64,000 bases of DNA from an uncultured virus (IMG/VR IMGVR_UViG_3300037400_005412) (lineage: Duplodnaviria > Heunggongvirae > Uroviricota > Caudoviricetes). Location of the stretch: IMG/VR virus record IMGVR_UViG_3300037400_005412; one strand, given 5' to 3'. The position numbers were made by a program, and so were the translations under genes. This document shows positions 1-11,725 of the stretch, piece by piece. The notes below the pieces were generated by a model that saw nothing but the letters and a program-made list of their open reading frames with translations, searched no databases and had not been told where the DNA came from. Position 1 is the stretch's first letter, and the number at the start of each line of letters is the position of its first letter.

Positions 1-275
1 TGATTGTACAAGAAAGAATCTCTGGTAGAGATTTGATTATTACATATAGCGATGCTGGAAAAATGATTGAACAAGTCGGCACTGGTTGGCGTTATGCTGG
101 TGCTGTTGACCCTGATTATATGCATCGTGAGTATGTTGAAACAAATGAAAATATTAGTGAAGAAGAATTAAAAGATATGGTGTGGGAACGTGAAGATAGA
201 GATTTAATAAATAGATTAAATATGCTTGAAGATGCTTTATGCGAATTAGACATGGAGGAAACAATAAATGAATAA
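1..275 (+). CDS. Small phage protein (tail-associated type); ATG probably straddles the window start
   Basis: Frame is open from (A)TG ATT GTA CAA GAA AGA into the track ORF 33..275. Confidence 0.6.
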   Translation, partial: IVQERISGRDLIITYSDAGKMIEQVGTGWRYAGAVDPDYMHREYVETNENISEEELKDMVWEREDRDLINRLNMLEDALCELDMEETINE

Positions 276-432
276 AATTTGGGCTAATAGATTAATTGCT
301 GGAACGCAAGTATGGGCAAACGTTCCCGCCTCTCGCAAAAATGCTGTAATGGCTATTTTATTAGACTATGTTCAAGAAGGAAAAATAACTCAAGAAAGAT
401 ATAATGATATTCTTGGCATTAATGAAGAATAA
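268..432 (+). CDS. 54-aa XkdX/CD1375-like small protein
   Basis: MNKIWANRLIAGTQVWANVPASRKNAVMAILLDYVQEGKITQERYNDILGINEE*; GGAGG SD; overlaps the upstream stop. Confidence 0.6.
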   Translation: MNKIWANRLIAGTQVWANVPASRKNAVMAILLDYVQEGKITQERYNDILGINEE

Positions 433-439
433 ATAAAAC

Positions 440-487
440 GCGCTTACCAAAAAATTTACAAATAATTGTAAAAAAATTGGTAAGCGC
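440..487. repeat. Palindromic element copy 1 (GCGCTTACCAA...TTGGTAAGCGC)
   Basis: 11-bp perfect inverted repeat; related copies at 37703-37765 and 53289-53355. Confidence 0.8.
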
Positions 488-508
488 ATTATAAAAGAGG
501 TAAAAAAT

Positions 509-985
509 ATGAAACCAGAAACACAAGTTTTATTACAACAAATTTGGCAATTATGTATTATCCCACTCCTCACAGTACTTACTACATATATTGTCAAATT
601 TATAAATAAAAAAACTGAATCACTTCAAAAATCAACAGACAATGAACTTTATAAAAAATATATTGCTTTATTAGATGATACAATCACTAAATGTGTTATC
701 GCAACTAATCAAACATATGTAGATAGTTTAAAAAATCAAAATGCTTTTACAAAAGAAGCGCAAGAAGAAGCATTTAAACGCTCTTATGATGCAGTAATGG
801 CTATTTTAAGTATTGAAGCAAAAACATACTTACAAAATGCTGTAGGTGATTTAGATGCGTATATACGAAACTCTATTCAAGCGCAAGTTAAAATTAATAA
901 AATTTCAACTACAGCAATAACCGCACCGCAAGTAATTGCAGTCACTACGCCTACTGAAAACGAAAAAAAATAGGAGAACTCTTAA
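509..985 (+). CDS. Holin-like membrane protein (single N-terminal TM)
   Basis: Hydrophobic N-terminus IWQLCIIPLLTVLTTYIV; TAG at 971 reads through to TAA 983-985 under code 15. Confidence 0.55.
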
Positions 986-1010
986 ATAAATAGAGCTCTC
1001 CTATTTTTTT
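971..1010. terminator. Bidirectional intrinsic terminator between convergent genes
   Basis: TAGGAGAACTCT/AGAGCTCTCCTA stem flanked by A- and T-tracts. Confidence 0.75.
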
Positions 1011-3462
1011 ATTTTATTCTAATCCAAATTCTTCCATTTACTTTAACCTTCCCAGTTCCCCATTCCTCATAATCAGGAATCTCACTGATAGTACCAACAA
1101 TTCGATTAGAATATCTATTTTCTTCTTCTTCAGTCATAATACTTACAGTACCATTAGGTCCAGAACAGACCGGCCATCCAATAAAATTACGTGCTAGTTC
1201 TCTATCTTCATAAAGATAAGCAAGTACTCTACCGCTTGACGCAATAGGTGTATTATATCCATTTTCCTTATCTTGCCCAATCGCAAAACCAAAGGTGTCT
1301 GAAATAATCTCGCAACCTCTCTACAAGCGCCCATCAGTTAATATAAGAGTGCCATCACCCACTTCGCGCACACATCTACCTGGCTACTATAATTCTTTTT
1401 CTTTAACATTATCTTTACGGAATTCAGCATAGTCATTCCAAACAGCGCCCCAAACTTGTGAGCCATAAATAGATCCAGTTGACGGATTAGCATAGATACT
1501 ATTATTACGATAAACATTTCCACTCTAATCAGTTGTAGCATTAGTATTATCAACATAAGACATTAATAATGGGAAACTATTATTATCAGAATTTAAAGTC
1601 TATTTTACATTTTCATCAGGAGGAACTTCCCAATTGCCATCCTATCGTAAATATTTATTAGTACTTGTTTCATTTGGTAATTGAGGACATAAGCCCGCAT
1701 TTGTTTTTGAAACTTGTGGGACTGATTTTAAATAAGTAGAAGAAATCACATTCCCATCACCATCTCGGGTTGCTCTAGTAGCGGTGCCATCATAAGAAGT
1801 AATTTCTGCAAAAGTACTACCATCCCAATAAATAGGTTTAGTAGATGACCCAATTGCTGAACTTCCAACTAGTCCAGATAAAGTATAAGTTGGATAACTT
1901 GGTACAGCCCAAGTACCATCTTCTCGTAAGAATCGAGTATCCTAACTTGGATTACTGACATCATTACCTTTTGGTACAACCCCAGCACTAGTAGATGAAA
2001 CTTTTGGGATATTCGCTGTTACAATTTCACTATCACTGCCAGCCCTAGTCAATGTTAATTTAATTGGAGAATTAGTATTATTTTCACTGTCATCTACAAA
2101 GCTTGCACTATCTACATAACGATCTGTCCAAGGAACTGTAACATAAGCTTTTTCGTTTTTTAATTTTACTGCATAATTAGTTCCAGACTCACTATATCCA
2201 ATTTTAATGCCACCGCGAGTTTTACTAGCTGCTAATGGTAATGAATATGGTCTAGTTTTAACACTAACAACTCCATTCATATCCTATGAAATAGAATAAA
2301 TAAATCTAGTTGCAGTTGTAGATTCAGCAGTGCCTGTACTATCAGTAATGGCAGTTTGAGTTAATTTAAAGCTGCTATCCCTACCTAGTCTTTCCCATGC
2401 AGAACCTGTCCATATAAATTCACTATCATCATATAAAACAACATCACCGGCTGAAGGTGTATAAGATGAGCCATTAATTGTAATATTAGCAGTTGCTAAA
2501 CCATCTGACATAGTAGTAGTAGTAGTCCCTTTAAAATGTATAGCATTAGAAAGACCTAATGAAGTTCTTAAAGTATCTGCTGTAATGCTTCCGCCCAATG
2601 AAACATCATTACCCGCAATTGTAACTTTTGAATTACTTAATGATTCTATTATTGCCCCAGAAACAAATTCAGTAGTAGCAAGTTTAGTAGAATTATCTCC
2701 TGCGCTTGGCGTTGGGGCTGTAGGACTTTGTGTAAAACTAGCACCACCACCAACTGATAAATCGCCAGTAGTAGTAATATCTTCACCAGTAAAACTAGTT
2801 GCAGTAACATTCCCGTCCCATCCTACTGTCATAGCATTAGAACGAGATGAAGGATTAGGGCCATTACCAACAATAAAAGCATAATTACTTGTGTCTGTTT
2901 TATTACATTTACCAATTACAGTTTGAGCAGTTCCCTAGGCTTCTACTCCTAACCCAACGGCAGCGCTATAATTGCCAGCAGCTTCTGTTAAAAATCCGTA
3001 AGAAAGAGAACACATACCAGAAGCTTTTGAGTTTATGCCAACTGCTGTTGATGCATTTCCTAAAGCAGTAGCCCCATCGACATATGTTGATCCTGACTTG
3101 CCGCCTCTCGCATAAGATAGCATCCCAGAAGCTTGCGCTTTTCCTATCGCTATGCTATGAGTACCTATATTAGTTGTATCAACTTCTGAACCCAAGCATA
3201 AGGCTCTCTACTTAGGAATAATTTTAATATCAGAAGAATAGCGGACACCATCTGTTGCTGGACTAGTAGGATTTGCTACATTAGTAAATAAAATTGGATA
3301 CGCATCAGTGGCATTATCTGTTAATGTTTGAGTAACTTTAGTATCTGTTAATACTGGTGTTTCACCATTAATTTTCCATTTTAAATCAGCATTTCCTAAA
3401 TTATATGTATTAGTAGATGTTGGTAGTAAGTCTACTCCAAAATTCATCGTATTATTTGCCAT
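1009..3462 (-). CDS. Tail fibre/adhesin (~817 aa, code 15) with YadA-like head repeats and C-terminal peptidase-G2-like intramolecular chaperone domain
   Basis: Four track ORFs are in one frame joined by TAG; motifs HSIAIG/ATALG/STAVG, FLREDGTW, GAVWNDYAEF...GRVLAY...GRIWIRIK*. Confidence 0.75.
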
Positions 3463-3483
3463 ATTTTTATCTCCTTCCTCTCA

Positions 3484-4251
3484 TTAAGTAATAGTAGTAT
3501 TACCATTGTTATCTACCGCAAAATGAAAAGTAATAGTTCCACCACTACCATTAGGAACAGTAATATTAAACTATTTTCCATTCGTTAATGTTATACCAGT
3601 AATGTATTTAGTAGCTGGAACACTATTAGAACTAGTAGAATTACTAGTAGCGAAAGAATTATTCACTGATGTATAACCAGCTGTTGTAATTTTTGCCACA
3701 GCACTTACTGAACCACTACCGGTAAATACTACTTTTACACCACTAGTATTGGTGTCAGACGTTGTAACATTCTCACTAGAACTTGAGTCATAGTCACAAG
3801 AGCCATTTCCTGGGACCATATCTACTATGCCAACTGCTTTACCAATATACAAACTTTTACCAGTACTATCAGAGGTTACAGAAACAGTCTTTGCACTTCC
3901 TGTGACTGTACTTTCTAACCAACCACTAGTATTAACAGTATATTTAGGGGTATATTCACCAGCAGTCCCAGTCGCTGTTGCTTTTACTTCCCAATAATCG
4001 CTACCGGCAGTTCCTGAAGGTTCAGTATTAGTAGTATTTTCCATACTATTGGTGTTTGCAATGACTGCGGTAGCTTTACCAGCACTTGCTGAACCACCAA
4101 TTGAACCACTTATATCTCTTACTCCTAATGTAAATTTTATATTTTTATCGACATAAGTTCCATTAGTAGATAATGTTATAGTCGTCCCAGTTTTTTTAGT
4201 TAATGTTAAAGAATCTTGTAATAATCCATCAGTTACATTTAAAGTTGCCAT
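3484..4251 (-). CDS. Thr/Ser/Gly-rich virion structural protein
   Basis: Track ORF extended through TAG at 3571 to TAA at 3484. Confidence 0.65.
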
Positions 4252-4289
4252 AATTATTCTTCACTCTCCTTTTACTAAGTTTAGAATAA

Positions 4290-5888
4290 TTAGCCTACTG
4301 TATATTCGCCATTATATGTTTCAATAGTGCCAATTAATACATTACTTTCACTATCATATGCTTTAAATCCTTTTAACATTTTATCAGAAGTGGCTGCTAC
4401 AGAAGCACTTAAGTCAGGAATTAAAGTAGCAAGACTAATTTTTTTATTACTAAAATAACCAGCATTAATATATAAATATCCTTGTGAACTTAATACAGGT
4501 GTAGTTACTTCTGTATATGTTACATTTGAAGTTGCAGTATTAGATAAACTACCTTCACTAATTGTACCAACTGCGGTATTAGCTCCAATATAACCAGCGG
4601 TATTACTTTTTACCTAATTTCCACTAACTGTAAAAGTAGCAGTAGGAATTGTATAATATGCAGTAGCCGTATTAGATGTTTGAGAAGTATTTGCTGCAAT
4701 CCAACCAGCTGTCCCACTTGTCTATACTGTACCTGAACCTTGCACTGTAATATAATAACCAGATTCAGGCTAAGTAGTCCCATTAGATGTTAAAGCAACA
4801 TTTCCACTACTTGCACTTGCTACGCCACTACCTTTAACTAAACTTGTAGAAGTAATAGGAATATAATAAGTACTTGATTTTGCAGAGGTACCTGCACTTG
4901 CAGTCACTTCTGAATCAGCACTTATATAACCTGAAGTAACAGATTTTGATAAAGATATAGTGGTTGCAGGAGCATTAACTTTAATTGCCATATAATAAGT
5001 GTCAATTGTATTAGTATCAGTCGTTGGAGCAGCTGCAATTTTAGTTTTTCCATTTACTGAAGCACTACTATTATTTGCGGCAGTAGGAGCAGTAGCTTGT
5101 GTGCTACCAGAAATAGTAACTCCACCTGTGCTAATTGGTACATAGTAAAGAGTATTATTTGCACTAGTAGAAGCACTTGCAGTAATTTGATCTGCATCTC
5201 CTAAATAACCAACAGTATTAATTGTTTTTGTAATATCATTAAAAGATGTAGCTGGAGCATTTGCGGTTACTGCGATATAATATTTAGAAATATCAGAAGT
5301 ACCAGTCCTAGGAGATACAGCAATTTGCGTCTTATTAGTTACTTGACTTGCAGTATGCACTAAGGTAGGAGCAGTAGCTTGTTTAGTCGCACTAACTGTA
5401 GCAGCTGCCGCAGTACCACTATTCATAGCTCCAACTATTACTGTTCTAGCCTCATTATAACCAGCAGTAATATTAATTGTCTATGTAGAAGATACATTTG
5501 GAGTAATTGTATCTCCAGAAGAAATACTAGTAGTTCCATTTTTTAAAACTGACTATGCAATACGACCTACAGTAACTTCCCCATCTGTCGACGCACTTAA
5601 ACCACTAGTAGTCAACCAACCAGCAGTAGAAACAGTTAATTTACCAGTTAATAATGTAGATAATGGATAATACTCATTACTTACAGTACCTATTGTAATA
5701 TCAGTAGATCCTTTATCAGTAATTGATAATGCTGCCCCACTTGCAGCTGGAGTAGTTACTTTTATATTAATATTTGCATCAACAAATTTATTTTCAGTCT
5801 ATAAAATATGTGTAGTAGTACCAGAGCCGGCAACTGTAATCGGCACAGACCATAAATTATTAGAAGTATCTTTTGTTAAAGTTCCCAT
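4290..5888 (-). CDS. Thr/Ala/Ser-rich virion structural protein (code 15)
   Basis: ATG 5888 with AGGAG SD; in frame with track ORF 4770..5426; ends YNGEYTVG*. Confidence 0.65.
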
Positions 5889-5913
5889 AATTATTTTTTC
5901 CTCCTTATTATAT

Positions 5914-7365
5914 TTAAGCAATAGAACCAGTATATACTGGAACAGTTACATCAGCAGAACCGTCAAAGACAAAAGCTCCACCAGCACCAAATGTTAATTT
6001 ATGAGTTACTTTATCAGCTACTGCAGCTGTTGCTGGCTTACCAACAGATACAGTAATTGTTGTACCAGTAGATAGAGTAACAGTGAAGTCACCATTAGTT
6101 CCATTATTAAATGTATATGTAGTATCAGTAAATACAGCATTAGTAGGAACGGAAGTCCCCATAGTAAATCCACTATCTCTAATTGCTTTTCCAGTTGTTC
6201 CAGTAAATACCGCAACTCCACCGGTTGATTCAGAAGGACCAATAACTGTACCATCTATATTAGTTTGAATAATAGTCCAATTTGCATTATTAGCGGTTGT
6301 CCCATCAGCTGTACAATAAATAGTGTCACCAACTTCACAATCTTGACCGGCATAAATTCCCGCAGTACCTACTTTATAAGTCCAACCTTGCTTATAAGAA
6401 GAGTCTATATTATTTGGTGGTAATGAACTAATCATCCCTGTATCTGTCCCAAGAACACCTTTAAAGATAAGAGCATCATTAATAGTTAATATATTATCTA
6501 CATATTGTTTAGTAGCCGCATGTAAATTACTTGTTGGGTCACCTTTTAAAGTAAGATCTCCAGTCATTTTCCCACCAGACTTATCTAGTTTTTCAGAAAC
6601 ATCTGTTACTACTTCTTTTCCATTACTATATAATTTAGTAGCATGTAAATAACCATTAAGATTTAATCTATTTGTTCCTGTTGGATTAGTAGTAGAAGTA
6701 TCAAAACTTAATTTAGATTGTTGACTAGTGTATGGGGCATAAGTAATTGCAGTTCCAGAATTAGAACCATCTAAAATATTATCAACAGCAGATGCTGTAT
6801 TTATATTTGGATTAGCTGGCATTGTAAAAATATAACTAGCGCCACCAGCTGTTAATTTATATTTAGTACCAAAAGCTAATGTTAACTAATTAGTTCCATT
6901 ATCAGTAGCAATAGTTGTAGTATGAGTATGATCACTTGTAGCCGCTCCAATATTTGCTGGAGTTAAATTAATCTACCCAGTTCTATATGTAGTTTCAGCA
7001 TTACCTTTTACTCCAGTTACAGCCCCTAAAATTCCTTCTACTGTATGGCTTGTCCCATCACCTGTAGTATAAGATAACTAATTATTAGAAATAGAAATTC
7101 CTTTAATATATGTAGTATCAATTTTTTGTGGATTATTAGCACCATCATATCCAGCACTATAGGCATAATGAGCATTTATTGGTTTACGAGTAATAATTGG
7201 TTCATTATTTTCGTCTTTCGCTCCACCATAATTAGCATCAATATAAAATTCTTGATTATCAATATTATAATAAGCATAACCATCAATTGGAATTTTATAA
7301 TTAGGATCATTAGGATTATTTAATTTATTTATATCATTGCCTCTAAATATTTTAAATAACGCCAT
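5914..7365 (-). CDS. Tail fibre-like protein (code 15)
   Basis: Track ORFs 7078..7365 and 5914..6822 are joined by TAG; VTGVKGNAETTYRTG, KLDKSGGKMTGDL and HAATKQYVD fibre motifs. Confidence 0.75.
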
Positions 7366-7565
7366 TTAGCAAAAACTCCTTTCAAATAAAAAAATGGAGA
7401 AATCGCAAGATGCAATTTCTCCTATATAACAAAAAATGGGATAAACATAGTAAGTCTATCCCATTGTAAAATTTATATAAAAAATTGAAACGTATCTTAC
7501 TATTTCATATAAAATTGAAATTCATTAAAAACTTTTTATTTTAATTTGTCCAAAATTCTTTTATT

Positions 7566-7592
7566 TGAAATTTTATAAAAAATATATTATAA
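7566..7592 (+). promoter_or_regulatory. SigmaA-type promoter at the start of the plus-strand block
   Basis: TTGAAA...TATAAT; similar TTGACW-N16/17-TATAAT near 11196, 15848, 16693, 23806, 24058, 27551, 29976, 37773, 39879. Confidence 0.6.
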
Positions 7593-7627
7593 TATATTTA
7601 GAAAATAAATATAAAGGAGAATTTTTT

Positions 7628-7813
7628 ATGTGGTATGCTTATAAACTTAACGACCAGCAGGAATGGGTTAAAATGAAAACCTTTGATAAACTTGAAGATT
7701 ATAAAGCCTATGTTGAAACACATCGAGTAGCTAATTCAATGTGCTCAAATAATGAAATTGATTTGCGTGGAAAGGCTTATAGTGAGCGATGGGACAAACC
7801 AATAACGAATTAA
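7628..7813 (+). CDS. Hypothetical protein
   Basis: ATG preceded by AAGGAG. Confidence 0.6.
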   Translation: MWYAYKLNDQQEWVKMKTFDKLEDYKAYVETHRVANSMCSNNEIDLRGKAYSERWDKPITN

Positions 7814-7974
7814 TTCAAATTGCTGTTGGCCATGTTCTTGATGGGCCAAGCGCTAATGAACAATTAAGAATATTTTAGAGAGATTTTCCAAAACGTGAAA
7901 TAATTGGAGTATCTATGGTTCCTGCTGACCCAGCAGGATGGTTTATGACTATAACATATAAAATAAGGAGTTGA
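7789..7974 (+). CDS. Hypothetical protein (one internal TAG)
   Basis: Fills the gap between flanking genes only under code 15. Confidence 0.5.
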
Positions 7975-7979
7975 TATAT

Positions 7980-8738
7980 ATGAGTGTATATGCATGGGCT
8001 GATGCTCATGGGTGTTATTGGACTTGGGAAAGAATTAAAGAAATTCTTCAGCCAAATGATATATTATATTTTCTCGGAGATGCCAATGACCGTGGAGAAG
8101 ATGGTTGGCAGATTATAAAAGAATTACTTGACGATAACCGAGTAATTTATTTAATGGGAAATCACGAACGAATGTTTTTAGATAATTGGGGAAATTATGA
8201 TGGGCATCCATTAGATATATTAGATGATTTTCATTATGATGAAAAGGCTTGGAGTTGGTATTCAAATGGTGGAGAACCAACTGATGCTCATTTCATACAA
8301 GATACAATTTCTGGTGAAACAAAAATAAATTATTTAAAGCAATTAAAAGATCTCCCTTTTATTACTATATATCACAATGAAAATAATGAAAATATTATTC
8401 TTTGTCATGCTGGATGTAATTATCATGATATTGATAATTTAACAGAAGAAGCTGCCATTTGGGATAGAAGTCATTATTTAAGTAATATGTGGGATGGTCC
8501 TAATAATACTTATATAATTCATGGCCATACGCCAATTCCTTTACTTATCCAAGAGCAAGAAAAGTTTAATAGATGGTATGATCTTGGATATAATATTCCA
8601 AAAGCTGAAATGCTTGAAGGGGCTTATTGGTATGCTGGCGGACATAAGTGTTGTATTGATTGTGGAGCGGTGTTCACAGATCAGGCAGTATTATTAAATC
8701 TCGATACATTGGAAGAAATTATAATTAATAAGGAGTAA
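7980..8738 (+). CDS. Metallophosphoesterase, lambda-type Ser/Thr protein phosphatase-like
   Basis: DAHG, GDANDRG, GNHE, HAG, HGHTP, IDCG motifs. Confidence 0.85.
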   Translation: MSVYAWADAHGCYWTWERIKEILQPNDILYFLGDANDRGEDGWQIIKELLDDNRVIYLMGNHERMFLDNWGNYDGHPLDILDDFHYDEKAWSWYSNGGEPTDAHFIQDTISGETKINYLKQLKDLPFITIYHNENNENIILCHAGCNYHDIDNLTEEAAIWDRSHYLSNMWDGPNNTYIIHGHTPIPLLIQEQEKFNRWYDLGYNIPKAEMLEGAYWYAGGHKCCIDCGAVFTDQAVLLNLDTLEEIIINKE

Positions 8739-8745
8739 AAAAATT

Positions 8746-8931
8746 ATGTGGGATCTTATTGAAGAAATGTTAAAAACTATTGCTATTATGCTTGGTATAG
8801 TGCTTCTTTTTTGTTTTCCAGCTATGTGGCTTTGGAATTGGCTAATGCCTTATATTTTTAATTTGCCGACACTTACATTTAGTCAAATGGGTGGTCTTTT
8901 GCTTTTAGCTTACTTATTTTTCCATGAATAA
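8746..8931 (+). CDS. Small membrane protein
   Basis: Hydrophobic, MWLWNWLMP; SD AAGGAG. Confidence 0.65.
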   Translation: MWDLIEEMLKTIAIMLGIVLLFCFPAMWLWNWLMPYIFNLPTLTFSQMGGLLLLAYLFFHE

Positions 8932-8945
8932 AGAGAAATTATATT

Positions 8946-9215
8946 ATGAAAACTAAAAGAATGAACAGACATAGTTTTTATTGTATGAACTGTGGAGAAA
9001 AAGTTTATGAATTAATGAGGCCTGCCAGTCATCAATATGGAAAACATCATCGTAAAGTATTATATTGTCCTTGGTGTAAACTTACTGTTAATACGATAGA
9101 ATGTCGTAATGATAATGAAGTTTATGAATTTAAAGAAGCATTTGCCGCAGGAGAATATAAAGAAGAATTAAAAGAATCTCTTGATTTTATTAAAAATAAT
9201 TATATGGAGTTGTGA
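8946..9215 (+). CDS. Zn-ribbon protein
   Basis: CMNC...CPWC. Confidence 0.6.
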   Translation: MKTKRMNRHSFYCMNCGEKVYELMRPASHQYGKHHRKVLYCPWCKLTVNTIECRNDNEVYEFKEAFAAGEYKEELKESLDFIKNNYMEL

Positions 9216-9219
9216 TACT

Positions 9220-9708
9220 ATGACATTATATATTCTTTGTGGAGCCCCAGGAAGTGGGAAAAGTTATTTAGCTGAAAAGTATTTCCTTAAAGATGAAACA
9301 ATTTATTATGTTTCAAGAGATAAAATTCGCTATTCTATGATTAAAGAGAATGATGAATATTTTAGTAAAGAGACTAAAGTATTTAATGCTTTTATTTTGG
9401 AAATTAAAAATATTCTTGATTCAAAGACTATTCCTTTTAAAGGAGTAATTGCTGATGCTACTCACTTAAATTGGGCTAGTCGTCGTAAACTTTTAAATGC
9501 TCTTGGAATTTTGAATGGTAATTATCCTAATATTGATATTATTGTTGTTTATGTACGCCCTAATTTAAATACTGTTCTTAGTAGAAATAATTCTAGAACT
9601 GGGCGGGCAAAAGTTCCAGAAGATATAGTTAGAAGAATGTATAATTCTCAAACCTCGCCTTGGGAAGACCCATTTAAATATACAGCAGTTATGGAAGTGC
9701 GCGCATGA
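9220..9708 (+). CDS. P-loop kinase (AAA_33 / polynucleotide-kinase-like)
   Basis: GAPGSGKS, VSRDKIR, IADATHL, RNNSR. Confidence 0.8.
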   Translation: MTLYILCGAPGSGKSYLAEKYFLKDETIYYVSRDKIRYSMIKENDEYFSKETKVFNAFILEIKNILDSKTIPFKGVIADATHLNWASRRKLLNALGILNGNYPNIDIIVVYVRPNLNTVLSRNNSRTGRAKVPEDIVRRMYNSQTSPWEDPFKYTAVMEVRA

Positions 9709-9932
9709 ATGAACAAGAAATAAAAACAAGATATTTAGAAATAATTAAAACGATAGTCGCCAATGCTAAATCAGAATTTTATACGTTAGATTAGTTACGA
9801 TGCGCTAATCAAATTTTAATGTATTGTGCTAATACTACTCATCTTAAAGGATCTGATAATAGTTTTGGGACAGATGAGGGATGGAAAGTAGATTATTACC
9901 CAGCAAGTTTTTTAGGTGGTGAAGAAAATTGA
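9705..9932 (+). CDS. Hypothetical protein (internal TAG)
   Basis: ATGA overlap with the kinase; ends overlapping the next start. Confidence 0.5.
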
Positions 9933-10501
9933 GTGAAATTTGGGTTTCTAGCGATTATCATTTTCAGCATGATAGACCTTTTGTTTATAAACCAAGAGGT
10001 TTTGAAAATGTAGATGAAATGAATGAAACTATTATAGCTAACCATAATGATGTCGTGCGCGAAGATGATGATATTTACCTTTTAGGAGATTTAATGCTTG
10101 GTGGGCCAGATAAAATGGAAACTGGACTTGAGATGATTAGAGCATTAAAAGGGCGACTTCATTTAGTAAGAGGAAATCATGACACTGATAAACGATGGGC
10201 TGCATATGCTAGGCTTCCTAATGTAGTAGAACAGCAAAATGCCATTTATCTAAATTATCGTAAATACCATTTTTATATGAGCCATTATCCAACAATTACT
10301 AGTAATCTTGAAAAAGAAAGTCTTCATCAATGTACTATTAATTTATATGGGCATACTCATCAGCAAACTTCTAATTTTTATATAGGAATTCCATATATCT
10401 ATCACGTTGGTCTTGATTCACATAAAAATTGTTTAGTTAGTTTGGATAAAGCTATTCTTGATATGAAAGATGAAGTGCAAAGGTGTATAAATGAACTTTG
10501 A
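9929..10501 (+). CDS. Calcineurin-like phosphoesterase
   Basis: SDYHF, LGD, GNHD, SHYP, GHTH. Confidence 0.85.
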   Translation: MSEIWVSSDYHFQHDRPFVYKPRGFENVDEMNETIIANHNDVVREDDDIYLLGDLMLGGPDKMETGLEMIRALKGRLHLVRGNHDTDKRWAAYARLPNVVEQQNAIYLNYRKYHFYMSHYPTITSNLEKESLHQCTINLYGHTHQQTSNFYIGIPYIYHVGLDSHKNCLVSLDKAILDMKDEVQRCINEL

Positions 10502-10838
10502 AAAATTTTTTGATTTAATGCGTGAATCCCGTTGTGGTCTTTGCGTTGAAAAGGATAAAGGGTGTAAAGAATTCGATATAGCTAGTCAGTGTAAAGATTT
10601 TAAATTAAAACCTTTTTCAGATAGAATAAATATATACTATAAAGCTTGCTTTTGCTGTGTTAATTATTTTAATTGTAGTGAAAAAGATAATGATAGTTTT
10701 AAATGTCATAATTATAAAAAATATATTCCACGTTGTGATAAATGCGTTTTTACAAAAGGTGTTTGCGGGTATTGTGATATTCATGGTGAATGCATTGCCT
10801 ATAAGCGCGATCCTTCAGATGGTGGATATTATGGTTAA
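10491..10838 (+). CDS. Cys-rich hypothetical protein
   Basis: Three CxxC...C repeats. Confidence 0.6.
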   Translation: MNFEKFFDLMRESRCGLCVEKDKGCKEFDIASQCKDFKLKPFSDRINIYYKACFCCVNYFNCSEKDNDSFKCHNYKKYIPRCDKCVFTKGVCGYCDIHGECIAYKRDPSDGGYYG

Positions 10839-10971
10839 GAGATTTCGTGGCTAGTCCTTTAGCTCCGAGTTTGCCAAAAAATCGCATTAGGAAATTTTTT
10901 TCCCAAAATAAGCTAATATCATTAATCTATTGAAAACAATTCTCATAATTTTATGAGAGGAGTGAAATATA

Positions 10972-11169
10972 ATGATTTTACATTATACTATTCTTTGGTT
11001 CATTATGATGATAGTAGGTATTTTAATGTATGAACAACCATTAATTACGAAGAAAAAAGGTACAATATTAAAGGCTCTTCAATAGATTGGATGGATGATA
11101 ATGTTTATTGCTATGCTAGGATTTATGCATGGCGTATTAAGTCTTATTAAATTAATTCCGCCACTCTAA
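10972..11169 (+). CDS. Small two-TM membrane protein (internal TAG)
   Basis: SD GAGGAG; two hydrophobic segments. Confidence 0.55.
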
Positions 11170-11256
11170 TTATAAAAAGTCAATGGAATTATCCATTGAC
11201 TTTTTATTTTTTTTATGATATAATATTTATATATAAAATTATAAAGGAGAACTCTA

Positions 11257-11682
11257 TTGATGATTACAGAAGATTGGAATGAAGAATTAGGCCTTGCTCA
11301 ATGTGTATTTACTGATATATCAAATGGGGTTATTTTATCAGGATATGGTAGAGCTATATGCCATGACGATGATATACCTTGGAAACGAGCATCTACTGGT
11401 AAATATATAGCTATGACAAGAGCCCAAATTGATATTCTTAGAAAAAAGAGGGATTACGAATTGAAACCTAGTATTATGGCAATTGAACATATAATTTCTA
11501 CTATGACAAATAGTAAAAGATATAATCCTGATTCATATGAAGCAAAGCGCATTAAAAAGGAATTAAAGAATCTTAAAGATGATTTACACATGATTAATAC
11601 TATTATTAAAGATGAACAAGCCTCTCTTAAGACATATTTAGATACTAAAGATAAATTACATAAAAAGGACGAAAATAAATAA
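11257..11682 (+). CDS. Hypothetical protein with coiled-coil C-terminus
   Basis: Track ORF downstream of a promoter and AAGGAG. Confidence 0.65.
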   Translation: MMITEDWNEELGLAQCVFTDISNGVILSGYGRAICHDDDIPWKRASTGKYIAMTRAQIDILRKKRDYELKPSIMAIEHIISTMTNSKRYNPDSYEAKRIKKELKNLKDDLHMINTIIKDEQASLKTYLDTKDKLHKKDENK

Positions 11683-11725
11683 AATTATTTAAAGAAATTT
11701 TAATAAATACGTAAAGAGAGAGGAA

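Noticed and set aside
1009..1480. DGR template/variable repeat or invertible fibre cassette with 53719-54150
   Set aside because: Copies are in direct orientation, differences do not look adenine-specific, and no reverse transcriptase or invertase is in the window
10840..10900. Possible tRNA/ncRNA with weak resemblance to 37624-37690 (GCTAGT..TCCGA..GGAAATTTTT)
   Set aside because: No cloverleaf, and the similarity is too weak to support by eye
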